Source: Nocardioidaceae bacterium (GTDB lineage: Bacteria; Actinomycetota; Actinomycetes; Propionibacteriales; Nocardioidaceae). Taken from it: 64,000 bases of DNA. The notes beneath the pieces were generated by a model, which worked only from the letters and a program-made list of their open reading frames with translations, was not told the DNA's origin and did not search any database. Location of the stretch: the NCBI GenBank assembly GCA_035762105.1, contig DASTPU010000228.1, forward strand, positions 6,806 to 70,805, in the 5' to 3' direction. Every line of letters begins with the position of its first letter. Within the stretch, counting starts at the first letter, position 1. A program made the translations under genes and the position numbers. This document shows positions 1-10,648 of this stretch, one piece after another.

Positions 1-330
1 CTTCTCGGCCGCCTTGGGCAAGCCGTTGTCGCCGAGCTCGCTGACCTCCCAGAGCCGCCCCTTCGGGGAGAGCTTCTCCTCGCCCTTGCCGTCCCGCGAG
101 CGGGAGATCCGGGCCGGACCGGCCGAGAGCACGGCGGCCTGCGCGACCGAGTAGTAGTCGGCGTTGTGCTCGAACGGGTCCTCCGTGAAGGCCGGCTCGG
201 GCTGCGCCGACGCGCCGACGTGGGCGGCGGGCGTGCTCGGTGCCGAGGCGACCGCGACGACGGGGGCGAGCGCGAGTGCCAGCACAGCACTCAGCGGACC
301 CCTGACCCGACGTCCCCACGCAGTCGTCAT
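1..330 (-). CDS. Secreted protein, 5' part only (runs off window); possibly a lytic murein transglycosylase-type protein
   Basis: Manual translation from ATG at 330: MTTAWGRRVRGPLSAVLALALAPVVAVASAP...ELGDNGLPKAAEK, with a signal-peptide-like N-terminus, open to base 1. The product guess is weak because no catalytic domain is inside the window. Confidence 0.5.
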   Translation of the reverse strand, partial: MTTAWGRRVRGPLSAVLALALAPVVAVASAPSTPAAHVGASAQPEPAFTEDPFEHNADYYSVAQAAVLSAGPARISRSRDGKGEEKLSPKGRLWEVSELGDNGLPKAAEK

Positions 331-421
331 CGCGCAATCACATCCCGTCCTTACCCGGACATCACGCTAGGTAACGGAACGATCTCGGCGCAGGGGTTCG
401 CCCGGATACAGCCCGTTCGGG

Positions 422-1603
422 CTATGTGTTCTCCAGCACGTCGAACCGGATCCCGGCCTTCGTCAGGCGGTCGAGGAGGTTGGCTGCCATGGCGGCCGCG
501 GGGGTGACGCTGCCGGAGGTCGGTGGGTTGTCGTCGAAGGCGAGGCACAGCGCGGACTCGGCGAGCATCTTCGCGGTCTCGTCGTAGCCCGGGTCTCCTC
601 CGGACACCTCGGTGACGACCCGGCGCCCGCCGCCCTCACCGACGAACCGCATCCGGAACCAGGACCTCTCCCGGCGCTCCTCGCTGGGCCCCTCGCCCTG
701 CGGGACGCGGCTGATCAGCAGCTTGCGCAGCGGCGGGACCTGGGCCGCGGCGGCGAGCGCGCCGACTCCCGCCACCCCACCGACCGCGACGGGCAGGTGC
801 TTCACCGCGGCGTAGTGGGCGTACTCGAAGTCGGGGCCGTACCGGTCGAGCGCCGCCGCCGACCGCTTCACCACGAGCGGGTCGATGGTCGGGAGCGGCA
901 CGAGCCACCAGCCGGTGGAGCGGTCCCGGTGCGGCGGGCGGGCCACGGCCCGGACCTTCCTGCCCTCGGCCCGGCGCTCGAGGTGACGACGCTCGGAGGC
1001 CGCCTGCCTCGTCTGCCGCGCCCGGGAGAAGGCGGTCATCGCCGAGGCGAAGGTGCCGCCGGAAGGCCGGCCACCGGCCCGGAGCATGCCGCGGACCCGC
1101 AGCGGCGCGCCCTCGGGCAGCCGCTGCACGGTGAACCACACGCCGAGGTCGTGCGGGATCGAGTCGAACCCGCACGCATGCACGATCCGGGCTCCGGTCG
1201 ACTGCGCCACCTTGTGCCAGCGGACGTACATCCGGTCCACGAACTCCGGCTCGCCGGTCAGGTCGACGTAGTCGGTCCCGGCCTCGGCGCACGCGGCGAC
1301 GAGCGGCTCGCCGTACTCGATGTACGGCCCGACCGTGGTGATCACGACGCGTGCGGACTCGGCAACCGCCTTGAGCGACGCCGCGTCGGTGACGTCGGCG
1401 GTCAGCAGCGGAAGGTCGGCCAGCGAGGGGTCGATCTCGGTGAGGCGTGCGCGGACCGCCTCGAGCTTGGACAGGCTGCGGCCGGCGAGCGCCCAGCGGC
1501 GGCCCTGCGGCGCGGTGCGGGCCAGGTACTCCGCGGTCAGGCCACCGGTGAACCCGGTCGCGCCGAAGAGGACGATGTCGTGGCTGCGCTGGTCCTGGCT
1601 CAT
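422..1603 (-). CDS. Saccharopine dehydrogenase-like NADP-binding oxidoreductase (trans-acting enoyl reductase family)
   Basis: DIVLFGATGFTG Rossmann motif, GTDYVDLTGE, HACGFDSIPHDLG, GGDPGYDETAKML; start trimmed to MSQDQ. Confidence 0.88.
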   Translation of the reverse strand: MSQDQRSHDIVLFGATGFTGGLTAEYLARTAPQGRRWALAGRSLSKLEAVRARLTEIDPSLADLPLLTADVTDAASLKAVAESARVVITTVGPYIEYGEPLVAACAEAGTDYVDLTGEPEFVDRMYVRWHKVAQSTGARIVHACGFDSIPHDLGVWFTVQRLPEGAPLRVRGMLRAGGRPSGGTFASAMTAFSRARQTRQAASERRHLERRAEGRKVRAVARPPHRDRSTGWWLVPLPTIDPLVVKRSAAALDRYGPDFEYAHYAAVKHLPVAVGGVAGVGALAAAAQVPPLRKLLISRVPQGEGPSEERRERSWFRMRFVGEGGGRRVVTEVSGGDPGYDETAKMLAESALCLAFDDNPPTSGSVTPAAAMAANLLDRLTKAGIRFDVLENT

Positions 1604-1657
1604 GGGCGTCCACTCTGGCGGGTGCAACCGGCCGAGGACAACGTGCGTCCCATCACC

Positions 1658-3508
1658 ATGAGACGACGCACGTGGGCCTCCTTCGGCATCGGCGCCACCG
1701 CCACGGTCGCGGCCACGGCCGTGCTCAGCGGCGTGGCGAGCAACCCCGGCAGCCCGCTCGGCCAGGTCGTCACACCACCGGCGGCCGCCGCCGAGCTCGA
1801 GACCTTCGACGGCTGCGACGACCTGCTCCGGTGGTACGTCGACGCGGCACTGCCCCACGTCGGCCCATGGGGCCTCGGCGGGTGGCCGGTCGAGCTCACG
1901 ACCGGTCGGGCGGTCGCCGTCGCCGGCGCCGCCGAGGCGGCACCGCGGGACGCGGACGTCGCCGAGGACGCGGTCGCCGGCAGTGCCACCGGGACGAACG
2001 TCCAGGAGGCGGGCGTCGACGAGCCGGACCTGGCCAAGACCGACGGCAGGATCCTCGCGCACGTCGACGGCCGGCGGCTGGTCGTCAGCGACGTCAGCGG
2101 CGCCGAGCCGCGGGAGCTGTCGACCCTGGGGCTTCCCCGTGCCCTCGGCGCCGTCGAGCTGCTGCTCGTCGGCGACCGGATCGTCGTGCTCGGCGCCGCC
2201 GGTGGCTGGGGCGGGCCGATCCCCGTGGACACCTCGCGGGACCTGGTCGCCCCGGGCTGGGGCGAGGCCGGGTCCACACGCGCCCTCGTCGTGGACGTCG
2301 GCGACCCCGCGTCGCCGCGCGTCGAGCACGACACCACCATCGACGGCAGTCTGGTCTCGGCGCGCCAGCACGGCGACGCGGTCCGTCTCGTGGTCTCCAC
2401 CCAGTCACCCGCGATCGACTTCGTCCAGCCGCGCCGAGGCCTGGGCCCCGCCGAGGCGAAGGAGGAGAACCGCCGCCGGGTGCGCGCGAGCAGCATCGAC
2501 GACTGGCTGCCCCGGGTCGAAGGGGCCGGCTCGTCACAGCGGCTCGTCGACTGCTCCTCGGTGCACCACCCGGACCAGGCGTCGGGCTACGGCACGGTGA
2601 CCGTCGTCTCCTTCGACCCGGGCGACCCCGCCGACCGCCGTACCACCGCCGTGACCACAGGCAGCGACCTCGTCTACTCCTCGGCCGACCGGCTCTACCT
2701 GTCCACCCGGCAGCGGCGCAGCAGCGGCGTCCACGCCTTCGCCCTGGATGGCCTCGAGTCCACCTACGTCGCCTCGGGCACCGTCCCCGGCCACGTCCGC
2801 GACCGCTGGTCCTTCAGCGAGTACGACGGACACCTGCGCGTGGCCACCGCCCTCGGCAAGGACGCGTGGCAGCCGGAGGAGAACGCGGTCGTCGTGCTGC
2901 GCGAGAGCGGCTCCGACCTCGTCGAGGTGGGACGCGTCGCCCGGATGGGCATCCGGGAGCAGATCCAGTCCGTGCGCTGGTTCGACGACCTCGCCGTGGT
3001 CGTCACGTTCCGCCAGGTCGACCCGCTCTACACCGTCGACCTGTCCGACCCGACGGCTCCCCGCGTGGTCGGGGAGCTGAAGATCCCCGGGTTCTCCGCC
3101 TACCTGCACCCGCTGGGCGACGACCTGCTGCTGGGTCTCGGCCAGGACGCGGACCTCGGGGGTCGCACCCGCGGGGCGCAGGCTGCGGTGTTCGACCTGC
3201 GCGACCTCACCGCCCCCGAGCGCCTCGACACCGCAGGCTTCGGCCCTGACACCGAGTTCCTCGCCTCGTGGGACCCGCGGTCGCTGACGTACCTGCCGGA
3301 GACCCGGACCGTGCTGGCCACGCTGTCCGACTGGCGAAGGGGCGGCACCCACCTGACCGTCATGAAGGTCGGCGAGGAGGGTCGCCTGCGCGTCGACCGG
3401 ACCCGCAAGGTCGCCGGCTGGGACGGCGCCCTGGTCCGCACCCTCCCGCTCGGCGACGGACGGGTCGCGCTGGTCACCGGAGCAGGCGTCGAGCTGCTGA
3501 CCCCCTGA
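1658..3508 (+). CDS. Secreted beta-propeller domain protein (Beta_propel family)
   Basis: N-terminal hydrophobic segment; TNVQEAGVDEPDLAKTDG, VVTFRQVDPLYTVDLSDP, GELKIPGFSAYLHP. Confidence 0.88.
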   Translation: MRRRTWASFGIGATATVAATAVLSGVASNPGSPLGQVVTPPAAAAELETFDGCDDLLRWYVDAALPHVGPWGLGGWPVELTTGRAVAVAGAAEAAPRDADVAEDAVAGSATGTNVQEAGVDEPDLAKTDGRILAHVDGRRLVVSDVSGAEPRELSTLGLPRALGAVELLLVGDRIVVLGAAGGWGGPIPVDTSRDLVAPGWGEAGSTRALVVDVGDPASPRVEHDTTIDGSLVSARQHGDAVRLVVSTQSPAIDFVQPRRGLGPAEAKEENRRRVRASSIDDWLPRVEGAGSSQRLVDCSSVHHPDQASGYGTVTVVSFDPGDPADRRTTAVTTGSDLVYSSADRLYLSTRQRRSSGVHAFALDGLESTYVASGTVPGHVRDRWSFSEYDGHLRVATALGKDAWQPEENAVVVLRESGSDLVEVGRVARMGIREQIQSVRWFDDLAVVVTFRQVDPLYTVDLSDPTAPRVVGELKIPGFSAYLHPLGDDLLLGLGQDADLGGRTRGAQAAVFDLRDLTAPERLDTAGFGPDTEFLASWDPRSLTYLPETRTVLATLSDWRRGGTHLTVMKVGEEGRLRVDRTRKVAGWDGALVRTLPLGDGRVALVTGAGVELLTP

Positions 3509-3540
3509 CCAGGGCGGCGGGTCGTCGTACGCTCCCTGGT

Positions 3541-3807
3541 ATGTGCCGCAACATCCGGACTCTCCACAACTTCGACCCGCCCGCCACGTCGGAGGAGGTC
3601 CAGGCCGCCGCCGTGCAGTACGTCCGCAAGGTCAGCGGGAGCACCCGTCCCTCGCAGGCCAACCAGGAGGCCTTCGACCGGGCGGTGCGGGAGGTCGCCG
3701 AGGCCACCGCGCGCCTGCTCGAGGGGCTGACCACGGCCGCGCCGCCCCGGAACCGCGAGGTGGAGGCGACCAAGGCCCGCGCCAGGGCGGCCGCGCGCTA
3801 CGCCTGA
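3541..3807 (+). CDS. DUF2277 family protein
   Basis: MCRNIRTLHNFDPPAT...AAVQYVRKVSG signature; TACGCT -10 box 7 nt upstream (leaderless). Confidence 0.88.
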   Translation: MCRNIRTLHNFDPPATSEEVQAAAVQYVRKVSGSTRPSQANQEAFDRAVREVAEATARLLEGLTTAAPPRNREVEATKARARAAARYA

Positions 3808-3814
3808 GCCGGTC

Positions 3815-4387
3815 ATGACCGACCGCGCCCGCCTCGATGCGGCCTTCGAGCGGGTCGACCGCCGGGACTTCCTGCCGAGGAAGATGCGCGGGTTCGCCCG
3901 CGAGGACGCCGCGGTCCCGATCGGCTACGGCCAGACCAACAGCCAGCCCAGCACGGTGCGCGACATGCTGGACCTGCTCGACGTCGAGCCCGGCCAGCGG
4001 ATCCTCGACGTCGGCTGCGGGTCGGGGTGGACGACCGCGCTGCTCGGACACCTCGTCGGTCCCGAGGGCCAGGTCGTCGGGGTGGAGATCGTCCCCGAGC
4101 TCGTGACGTGGGGACGGCAGAACGTCGCGTCGTACGCCCTGCCCTGGACCCGGGTCGAGCAGGCCACCGAGGGCGTCCTGGGCGTCCCGGACCTCGGCCC
4201 CTACGACCGGGTGCTGGTGTCGGCCGAGGCCTCCGGGCTGCCCACCGAGCTCCTCGACCAGCTCGTGGTCGGTGGGGTGATGGTCGTGCCCGTCCGTGGC
4301 CGGATGACGGTGGTCCGGCGCACCGCGGGCGAGCCGGAGGTGCACCACGAGGGGTGGTACTCGTTCGTGCCGCTCATCGAGCCCTGA
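3815..4387 (+). CDS. pcm: Protein-L-isoaspartate O-methyltransferase
   Basis: IGYGQTNSQP, ILDVGCGSGWTTALL SAM motif, PYDRVLVSA, FVPL C-terminus. Confidence 0.88.
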   Translation: MTDRARLDAAFERVDRRDFLPRKMRGFAREDAAVPIGYGQTNSQPSTVRDMLDLLDVEPGQRILDVGCGSGWTTALLGHLVGPEGQVVGVEIVPELVTWGRQNVASYALPWTRVEQATEGVLGVPDLGPYDRVLVSAEASGLPTELLDQLVVGGVMVVPVRGRMTVVRRTAGEPEVHHEGWYSFVPLIEP

Positions 4388-4401
4388 GACCGGCCGGGCG
4401 G

Positions 4402-5088
4402 TCAGGAGCGCACGAGGCTGTGGGTGACCGGGATCGTGCTGCGCGGTGACGCCGCGCTCGTCGCGATGCCGGTGAAGCCACCCGCGAGCAGGATCAGGCC
4501 GACCGCCGCGAGGATCCGCGAGGCGGTGGTTCCCTCGAGGAAAGGCATGACGACCTGCAGTGCGAGGAAGGCGATGAGCAACCACGGGACCCACGCCGGG
4601 ACCACCCGGCTGCGGAACAGGCCCAGCGCCATCAGCAGCACGCCGAGCAGGAAGCCGTAGACCCACACGTTGAGGCTGATGCTCAGCCCCGGGTCCTCCA
4701 GCGACGCGGTCACCATCTTGATCTCGCGGCCGTTCTCGGTGAGCGTGGCCTGCAGCGCGAGCGCGCGGAACATCAGCATCAGGGAGGCCAGCCCACCGAC
4801 GCCGACGCAGCCGACCGTGAAGACGGTGACTCCGGCGATGCCGAGGCCCCGCCCGCGCCGCTCCTGGAACAGCGTCATCACCGCCGGCATGCCGAGGACC
4901 AGCATCGCGGCGCCGCCGAAGTAGAGGATGCTCATCGCCAGCCACCGCCCCGGGTACGCCGCGGCGACCAGCATCTGGCCCGCAGGCGAGGTGTCGCTTC
5001 CGCCAGGGTTGAGCATCTGACCGAGCACCAGCGCCATCACGCCCGTCACGAGGGCAGCAGCCGACACCGGAACCCACTCAGATCGCAT
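4402..5088 (-). CDS. Hypothetical integral membrane protein (about 6 TM segments)
   Basis: Hydrophobic segments from MRSEWVPV; TACTCT -10 box 7 nt upstream of ATG. Confidence 0.7.
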   Translation of the reverse strand: MRSEWVPVSAAALVTGVMALVLGQMLNPGGSDTSPAGQMLVAAAYPGRWLAMSILYFGGAAMLVLGMPAVMTLFQERRGRGLGIAGVTVFTVGCVGVGGLASLMLMFRALALQATLTENGREIKMVTASLEDPGLSISLNVWVYGFLLGVLLMALGLFRSRVVPAWVPWLLIAFLALQVVMPFLEGTTASRILAAVGLILLAGGFTGIATSAASPRSTIPVTHSLVRS

Positions 5089-5203
5089 GTCGCCCAGAGT
5101 ATGGGGATATCGACCTTCGCAGGCCCGGCATCGACAAATCTCGCCTCGACATCGCGGTCGACTGGCCCAGTGGTCGCCCGATTCGTCCCCGTACGCTGGA
5201 CGG

Positions 5204-6085
5204 GTGGACGCAGCGCTCGACCTGCTCGCCTCCCGCCGGTTCACCGTCCTGACCGGCGCGGGCGTCAGCACCGACTCCGGCATCCCCGACTACCGAGGGC
5301 CCGGGGCGCCGGTCCGCACCCCGATGACCTACCAGGAGTTCGTCTCCGGCCCGGTGGCACAGCGCCGCTACTGGGCCCGCTCGTTCCTCGGCTGGTCCCG
5401 GATGCGCTCGGCCGAGCCGAACGACTGCCACCACGCGATCGCCCACCTCGAGGCGGCCGGCCGCGTCCCGCTGCTGGTCACCCAGAACGTCGACGGCCTG
5501 CACGAACGGGCCGGGAGCAGGGCGGTGTGCGCGCTGCACGGCCGGATCGCCGACGTGGTGTGCCTGTCCTGCGGTCACCGGACCAGCCGGACGACGCTCC
5601 AGGATCGGATGCGGGTGCTCAACCCCGGCTTCGCCGACCGGAACGCCGACGTGCTCACCCGCCCCGACGGCGACGTCGAGCTCGAGAGCACCGACGGGTT
5701 CCGGGTGCCGCCCTGCGAGGTGTGCGGGGGGGCCCTCAAGCCCGACGTGGTGTTCTTCGGCGAGAACGTCCCCAAGCCGCGGGTGCAGCGCTGCTACGAC
5801 GCGGTCGAGGCGGGCGACGCGCTGCTCGTGGCCGGCTCCTCGCTGACCGTCCTGTCGGGCTTCCGGTTCGTCCGGCACGCCCACCGGCTCGGGATCCCGG
5901 TGGTGATCGTGAACCGCGGCCACACACGGGGGGACGAGCTGGCGACGTACAAGGTCGACGCCGGCTGCGCTGACTTCCTCACCGCGCTCGCCGGTCCGAC
6001 GACCACGCTCACGGGTACGACGGGTCAGGACACGTCGCGTCGCACCGACACCACGACCCCGAGCGCGGCGAGCACCAGTCCGTAG
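5204..6085 (+). CDS. NAD-dependent protein deacylase, Sir2 family (class II/SIRT4-like)
   Basis: GAGVSTDSGIPDYRG, TQNVDGLH, LHG, CxxC...CxxC zinc site, KPDVVFFGE, GSSLTV. Confidence 0.92.
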   Translation: MDAALDLLASRRFTVLTGAGVSTDSGIPDYRGPGAPVRTPMTYQEFVSGPVAQRRYWARSFLGWSRMRSAEPNDCHHAIAHLEAAGRVPLLVTQNVDGLHERAGSRAVCALHGRIADVVCLSCGHRTSRTTLQDRMRVLNPGFADRNADVLTRPDGDVELESTDGFRVPPCEVCGGALKPDVVFFGENVPKPRVQRCYDAVEAGDALLVAGSSLTVLSGFRFVRHAHRLGIPVVIVNRGHTRGDELATYKVDAGCADFLTALAGPTTTLTGTTGQDTSRRTDTTTPSAASTSP

Positions 6086-6822
6086 GCCAGCAGCACGAGG
6101 CCCCCGGCCCACCAGTCGAGGTACCGCAGCATCACGTCGCCGGGAGCCATCAGCGCCGACGACGCGTTCGACGGCAGCCACTTCACGAGCCAGTCGAGGT
6201 CCAGCCCCTCGATCGAGGTGACCGCGAAGGTCACCAGGGGCTCGACGAGGAACGTGAACAGCAGCGCCGCCACGATCGCGGCGACCTGGTTGCGGACCAG
6301 CGTGCCGACCCCGATGCCGAGCACCGCCCAGATCGCGACCGCGAGGACCGCGAGGGCGTTCGTCACCCAGAGCCGGTCGGCGTCCAGCCCGAGCCCGTAG
6401 CCGCGGACGCTCATCGTGGCGCCACCGACGACGAGCACGGTGAGCAGGCCGACGAGCCCGAAGACGACTCCCATGAGTGCGTGCGCGAGGATCTTCGCCA
6501 CCACGACCCTGGCCCGCCGCGGCGCGACCAGGAACGTCGAGGTGATCGTCTGGTGCCGGTACTCCCCGGTCATCCCGGTGATGCCGAGGACCAGCGCGAA
6601 CATGTAGGTGCCGGTGAACATCGCCATCGGGTACACCGACCGGACCGCCTCCGGCGTCTCCAGGCCGGGCATGGCCGGCGCCCCCGCGCCTGCCTCCATC
6701 CCGGCGACGAGGGCGGTCGCCAGCGACTGGATCCCGCTGAAGGCAACGGCCCCGATGAGCAGGCCCCACCACAGCCGGGTGGAGGTGATCTTCAACAGCT
6801 CAGCACGCACCAGGCCGGTCAC
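6025..6822 (-). CDS. ABC-2 type exporter permease
   Basis: AELLK N-terminus, GEYRHQTITSTFLVAPRR, multiple TM segments, RRDV C-terminus; coupled to the upstream ATPase. Confidence 0.85.
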   Translation of the reverse strand: MTGLVRAELLKITSTRLWWGLLIGAVAFSGIQSLATALVAGMEAGAGAPAMPGLETPEAVRSVYPMAMFTGTYMFALVLGITGMTGEYRHQTITSTFLVAPRRARVVVAKILAHALMGVVFGLVGLLTVLVVGGATMSVRGYGLGLDADRLWVTNALAVLAVAIWAVLGIGVGTLVRNQVAAIVAALLFTFLVEPLVTFAVTSIEGLDLDWLVKWLPSNASSALMAPGDVMLRYLDWWAGGLVLLAYGLVLAALGVVVSVRRDVS

Positions 6823-7739
6823 GCGTGACCTCCCTCGGTCAGCTCCAGGAACACCCGTTCGAGGTCGCTCGCCTCGGCCACCAGCTCGTGCAGCTCCACG
6901 CCGGCCTCGTACGCGACGTGGCCGACCAGGTCCGTCGTACCGCCGGTGACGCGGAGGCGGCCCGAGCCGTCCGTGCCGAGCACGGCCAGCTCCCGGGCCG
7001 CGAGCGCGTCTCGCAGGGCCTCCGGTGCGGGCGTGCGGACCAGCACCTCGCGGGGGCCGGTGTCCAGCCCGGCGAGCGTGCCCTGGCGGACGAGGCGGCC
7101 GCGGGACAGCACGACCACCTCGTCGACGGTCTGCTGCACCTCGCTGAGCACGTGGCTGGACACCAGGACGGTGCGTCCCTCGGCGGCGAGCGCGCGTACG
7201 AACTGGCGCAGCCAGGCGATCCCGGCCGGGTCCAGGCCGTTGGCGGGCTCGTCGAGCAGGAGCACCTCGGGGTCGCCGAGCAGCGCCGCGGCAAGGGCGA
7301 GCCGCTGGCGCATGCCCAGGCTGTAGCCGCCGACGCGCTTGCCGGCGACCTCGGTGAGCCCGACCTGGGCGAGCATCTGGTCGGCGCGGCTCCTGGCGGC
7401 GGCGCCGTCCATGCCTGCGGCGAGTCCCATCACCTCGAGGTGCGCACGGGCGGAGCGACCCGGGTGGAAGCTGGCTGCCTCCAGCGACGCGCCGACGGTG
7501 CCGATCGGGTCGGGCAGGTCGCGGTAGTGGACGCCGCCGATCGCGGTGGTCCCGGAGGTCGGCTGGAGCAGCCCGAGCACGCAGCGCAGCGTGGTGGTCT
7601 TGCCGGACCCGTTGGGGCCGAGGAAGCCGGTGACCACGCCCGGACGGACCGAGAAGGTCAGGTCGTCGACCGCCTTGAGCGCGCCGAACATCTTGGTCAG
7701 GCCGACGACGTCGACCTGTCTTCCCTCCCGCGCCATCAC
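6819..7739 (-). CDS. ABC transporter ATP-binding protein
   Basis: GPNGSGKTT Walker A, YSLGMRQR signature, LLLDEP Walker B, SSH. Confidence 0.93.
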   Translation of the reverse strand: MMAREGRQVDVVGLTKMFGALKAVDDLTFSVRPGVVTGFLGPNGSGKTTTLRCVLGLLQPTSGTTAIGGVHYRDLPDPIGTVGASLEAASFHPGRSARAHLEVMGLAAGMDGAAARSRADQMLAQVGLTEVAGKRVGGYSLGMRQRLALAAALLGDPEVLLLDEPANGLDPAGIAWLRQFVRALAAEGRTVLVSSHVLSEVQQTVDEVVVLSRGRLVRQGTLAGLDTGPREVLVRTPAPEALRDALAARELAVLGTDGSGRLRVTGGTTDLVGHVAYEAGVELHELVAEASDLERVFLELTEGGHA

Positions 7740-8434
7740 AGCCGGCGCACGAACACGTGGGAGGCTGCCTCAGGGTCGATCTCCATGGACTCCCCGCCGC
7801 TGCCGACCATGACCCCCTCGGCGCCCGACGTGACCGTGACGACCTTGTCCGGGACGGCGCCGACGCGGCGGAGCGCCGCCATCAGGGTCTCGTCGGCCTG
7901 CAGCGGCTCGCTGATCCGGCGGACCAGCACGCGGACCTGCTCGTTCGAGGTGGCGACCTGGTCCAGCGGCTCCACGTCGTGCATGAAGTCCTCGTGGTTG
8001 TTGCGCTCGCCGAGCTCGTCGAGACCCGGGATCGGGTTGCCGTACGGCGACTCGGTGGGGTGCCCGAGAAGCTCGACGAGCCGGCGCTCGACGGTCTCCG
8101 ACATCACGTGCTCCCAGCGGCACGCCTCGGCGTGCACGAGCTCCCAGTCCAGGCCGATCACGTCGGTGAGCAGCCGCTCGGCGAGCCGATGCTTGCGCAT
8201 GACCCGCGTCGCGAGGCGCAGCCCCTCGTCGGTGAGCTGCAGGTGGCGGTCCCCCTCGACGGTGAGCAGGCCGTCGCGCTCCATGCGCGCCACGGTCTGG
8301 CTCACGGTGGGGCCGCTCTGGTGGAGCCGCTCGGCGATCCGCGCACGCAAGGGCGTGATGCCCTCCTCCTGCAGCTCGAAGATCGTGCGGAGGTACATCT
8401 CGGTGGTGTCGATCAGATCGCTCACGCGGCTCAT
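7736..8434 (-). CDS. ideR: Iron-dependent repressor IdeR/DtxR family (start may be GTG at 8425)
   Basis: [69 protein letters not shown]. Confidence 0.92.
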   Translation of the reverse strand: MSRVSDLIDTTEMYLRTIFELQEEGITPLRARIAERLHQSGPTVSQTVARMERDGLLTVEGDRHLQLTDEGLRLATRVMRKHRLAERLLTDVIGLDWELVHAEACRWEHVMSETVERRLVELLGHPTESPYGNPIPGLDELGERNNHEDFMHDVEPLDQVATSNEQVRVLVRRISEPLQADETLMAALRRVGAVPDKVVTVTSGAEGVMVGSGGESMEIDPEAASHVFVRRL

Positions 8435-8472
8435 TCTGTCTCACCCTTGTCTGCGCTGGCAGAGTGGACACG

Positions 8473-9825
8473 ATGAGCGAGCACTCCGTGATGTGGTTCC
8501 GCCGAGATCTCCGGCTCTCCGACAACCCGGCTCTGCTCGACGCGTGCTCCGCCGGCCGCGACGGCGTGCTCCTGCTGTTCGTCGTCGACCCGCGCCTGTG
8601 GGGCCCGGCCGGACCGGCGCGCCGCGCCTATCTCGCCGCGTCGCTCGCCGCTCTCGACGAGTCGGTCGGCGGCAGGCTCGTCGTCCGCCACGGCGACCCG
8701 GTCCGCGAGGTGGCCCGGGCGGCCCGGGAGGTCGGCGCGGGCACCGTCCACGTGGCCTCCGACTTCGGGCCGTACGGTTCCCGGCGCGATCTCGCCGTCG
8801 AGCGGGCGCTGGGTTCGGAGGGCGTGGCCCTGCGGCGCCTCGGCTCGCCCTACGCCGTGGCCCCCGGCACCGTCGTCAACGGCAGCGGCGAGGGCTACAA
8901 GGTGTTCACGCCCTTCTCGAAGGCCTGGGCGGACCACGGCTGGCGCGAGCCGGCCGATGCGCCGCCCGGTGACCGGGTCTGGCTGGAGGCGTCGTCCGAC
9001 GGGATCCCGGCCGTACCCGTGCCCGAGGGCATGTCGCTTCCGCCCTGCGGAGAGCAGGCCGCTCTCGCACGGTGGAGGGAGTTCCTCGACCAGGTCGACG
9101 AGTACGACGAGTCGCGGGACCGCCCGGACCTCGACGGGACCTCGCGCATGTCGGTGCACCTGAAGTGGGGCGAGGTGCATCCCCGGACGCTGCTGGCCGA
9201 CCTCGGCCGACGGAGCGGGAGCGGCGCGTCGACGTACCGCAGCGAGCTGGCCTGGCGGGAGTTCTACGCCGACGTGCTCCACCGCCGACCGGAGACCGCG
9301 CGGGCGTACCTCCGTCCGGAGTTCGCGGCGATGGAGTACGACGAGCCCGGGGACGACCTCGTCGCGTGGCAGGAGGGCCGCACCGGCTTCCCTGTCGTCG
9401 ACGCCGGCATGCGGCAGCTCCGCGCCACCGGGTGGATGCACAACCGGGTGCGGATGATCGTGGCGAGCTTCCTGGTCAAGGACCTGCACCTCGAGTGGCA
9501 GCACGGCGCACGGCACTTCATGCGCTGGCTCGTCGACGGTGACCTCGCCTCCAACCAGCACGGCTGGCAGTGGGTCGCCGGGTGCGGCACCGACGCCGCG
9601 CCGTACTTCCGGGTCTTCAACCCGACCGGCCAGGGAAAGAGGTTCGACCCGACCGGCGCGTACGTCCGCCGGTGGGTCGCCGAGCTCGGCGACGTCGACA
9701 CGGCGTACATTCATGAGCCCTCGACGCAGCCCGGCGGTCCCCCGGACGGGTACCCGCCACCACTCGTCGAGCACGCCGAGGAGCGCCGCGAGGCGCTCGC
9801 ACGACTGGAGCGGATGAAGAGCTGA
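8473..9825 (+). CDS. phrB: Deoxyribodipyrimidine photolyase (class I CPD)
   Basis: WFRRDLRLSDNPAL, LAWREFY, GRTGFPVVDAGMRQL, GWMHNRVRMIVASFL, PYFRVFNP. Confidence 0.92.
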   Translation: MSEHSVMWFRRDLRLSDNPALLDACSAGRDGVLLLFVVDPRLWGPAGPARRAYLAASLAALDESVGGRLVVRHGDPVREVARAAREVGAGTVHVASDFGPYGSRRDLAVERALGSEGVALRRLGSPYAVAPGTVVNGSGEGYKVFTPFSKAWADHGWREPADAPPGDRVWLEASSDGIPAVPVPEGMSLPPCGEQAALARWREFLDQVDEYDESRDRPDLDGTSRMSVHLKWGEVHPRTLLADLGRRSGSGASTYRSELAWREFYADVLHRRPETARAYLRPEFAAMEYDEPGDDLVAWQEGRTGFPVVDAGMRQLRATGWMHNRVRMIVASFLVKDLHLEWQHGARHFMRWLVDGDLASNQHGWQWVAGCGTDAAPYFRVFNPTGQGKRFDPTGAYVRRWVAELGDVDTAYIHEPSTQPGGPPDGYPPPLVEHAEERREALARLERMKS

Positions 9826-9831
9826 TGCACG

Positions 9832-10602
9832 ATGCCCGCCACTGACAGCGCGCTGGTGATCCCCGCGAGGTACTGCGGCCCGACGAGCTCGGGCAACGGC
9901 GGGTACACCGCCGGCCTGCTCGCGGAGCGGTTCGCCAACCACCCCGCCCCGGCGGAGCACTGCCCCGTCGTCGAGGTCACCCTGCGCAAGCCACCCCCGC
10001 TGGAGACCGACCTGCGCGTCGAGCACCGCCTCGACGCGCCGGTGACCCGCCTCCTCGACGGAGAGACCCTCGTCGCCGAGGCCCGGTGCACCGACGAGGA
10101 GCTCCAGCCGGTCGAGGAGGTTCCCGTGGCGCGGGCCGTCGAGGCGATGCGCGACTATCCCGGCTTCCGCTCCCACCCGTTCCCCCGCTGCTTCGCCTGC
10201 GGGCCGGAGCGTGAGGAGGGCGACGGGCTGCGGATCTTCCCCGGCCCCGTGGGCGACGGCCGCGTGGCGTCGGTGTGGGTGCCGCACGAGAGCCTCGCCG
10301 TCGCCTCCGACCTGCTCGACCCCGGCGTCCAGCGGGTGGGCCTGGGCACGGCCTGGGCCGCGCTCGACTGCGTCGGCGGCTGGTCCACCGACCTCGAGGG
10401 CCGGCCGATGGTGCTCGGGCAGATCGCCGCCCAGGTGGACGCGCTCCCCGTGGTGGGCGAGACGCACGTCGTGCTGGGCGCCGAGCTGCGCTCGGAGGGA
10501 CGCAAGACGTTCACCGCCAGCACGGTCTACGACTCCGACGGACGGATCGTGGCACGCGCCCGGCACACCTGGATCGCGATCGACCCCGCCGACTTCGGCT
10601 GA
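9832..10602 (+). CDS. Hypothetical hotdog-fold/thioesterase-like protein
   Basis: GPTSSGNGGY, HPFPRCFACG, WAALDC, EGRKTFTAS; follows phrB by 6 nt. Confidence 0.65.
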   Translation: MPATDSALVIPARYCGPTSSGNGGYTAGLLAERFANHPAPAEHCPVVEVTLRKPPPLETDLRVEHRLDAPVTRLLDGETLVAEARCTDEELQPVEEVPVARAVEAMRDYPGFRSHPFPRCFACGPEREEGDGLRIFPGPVGDGRVASVWVPHESLAVASDLLDPGVQRVGLGTAWAALDCVGGWSTDLEGRPMVLGQIAAQVDALPVVGETHVVLGAELRSEGRKTFTASTVYDSDGRIVARARHTWIAIDPADFG

Positions 10603-10648
10603 GCCGCCGCGTTTGACACGCACCCCCTGTGCTGGCTGGGATTGGAAC

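Noticed and set aside
5204-6085. Sir2 gene as an anti-phage defence NADase
   Set aside because: It has the zinc-binding, stand-alone deacylase architecture and no defence partner genes.
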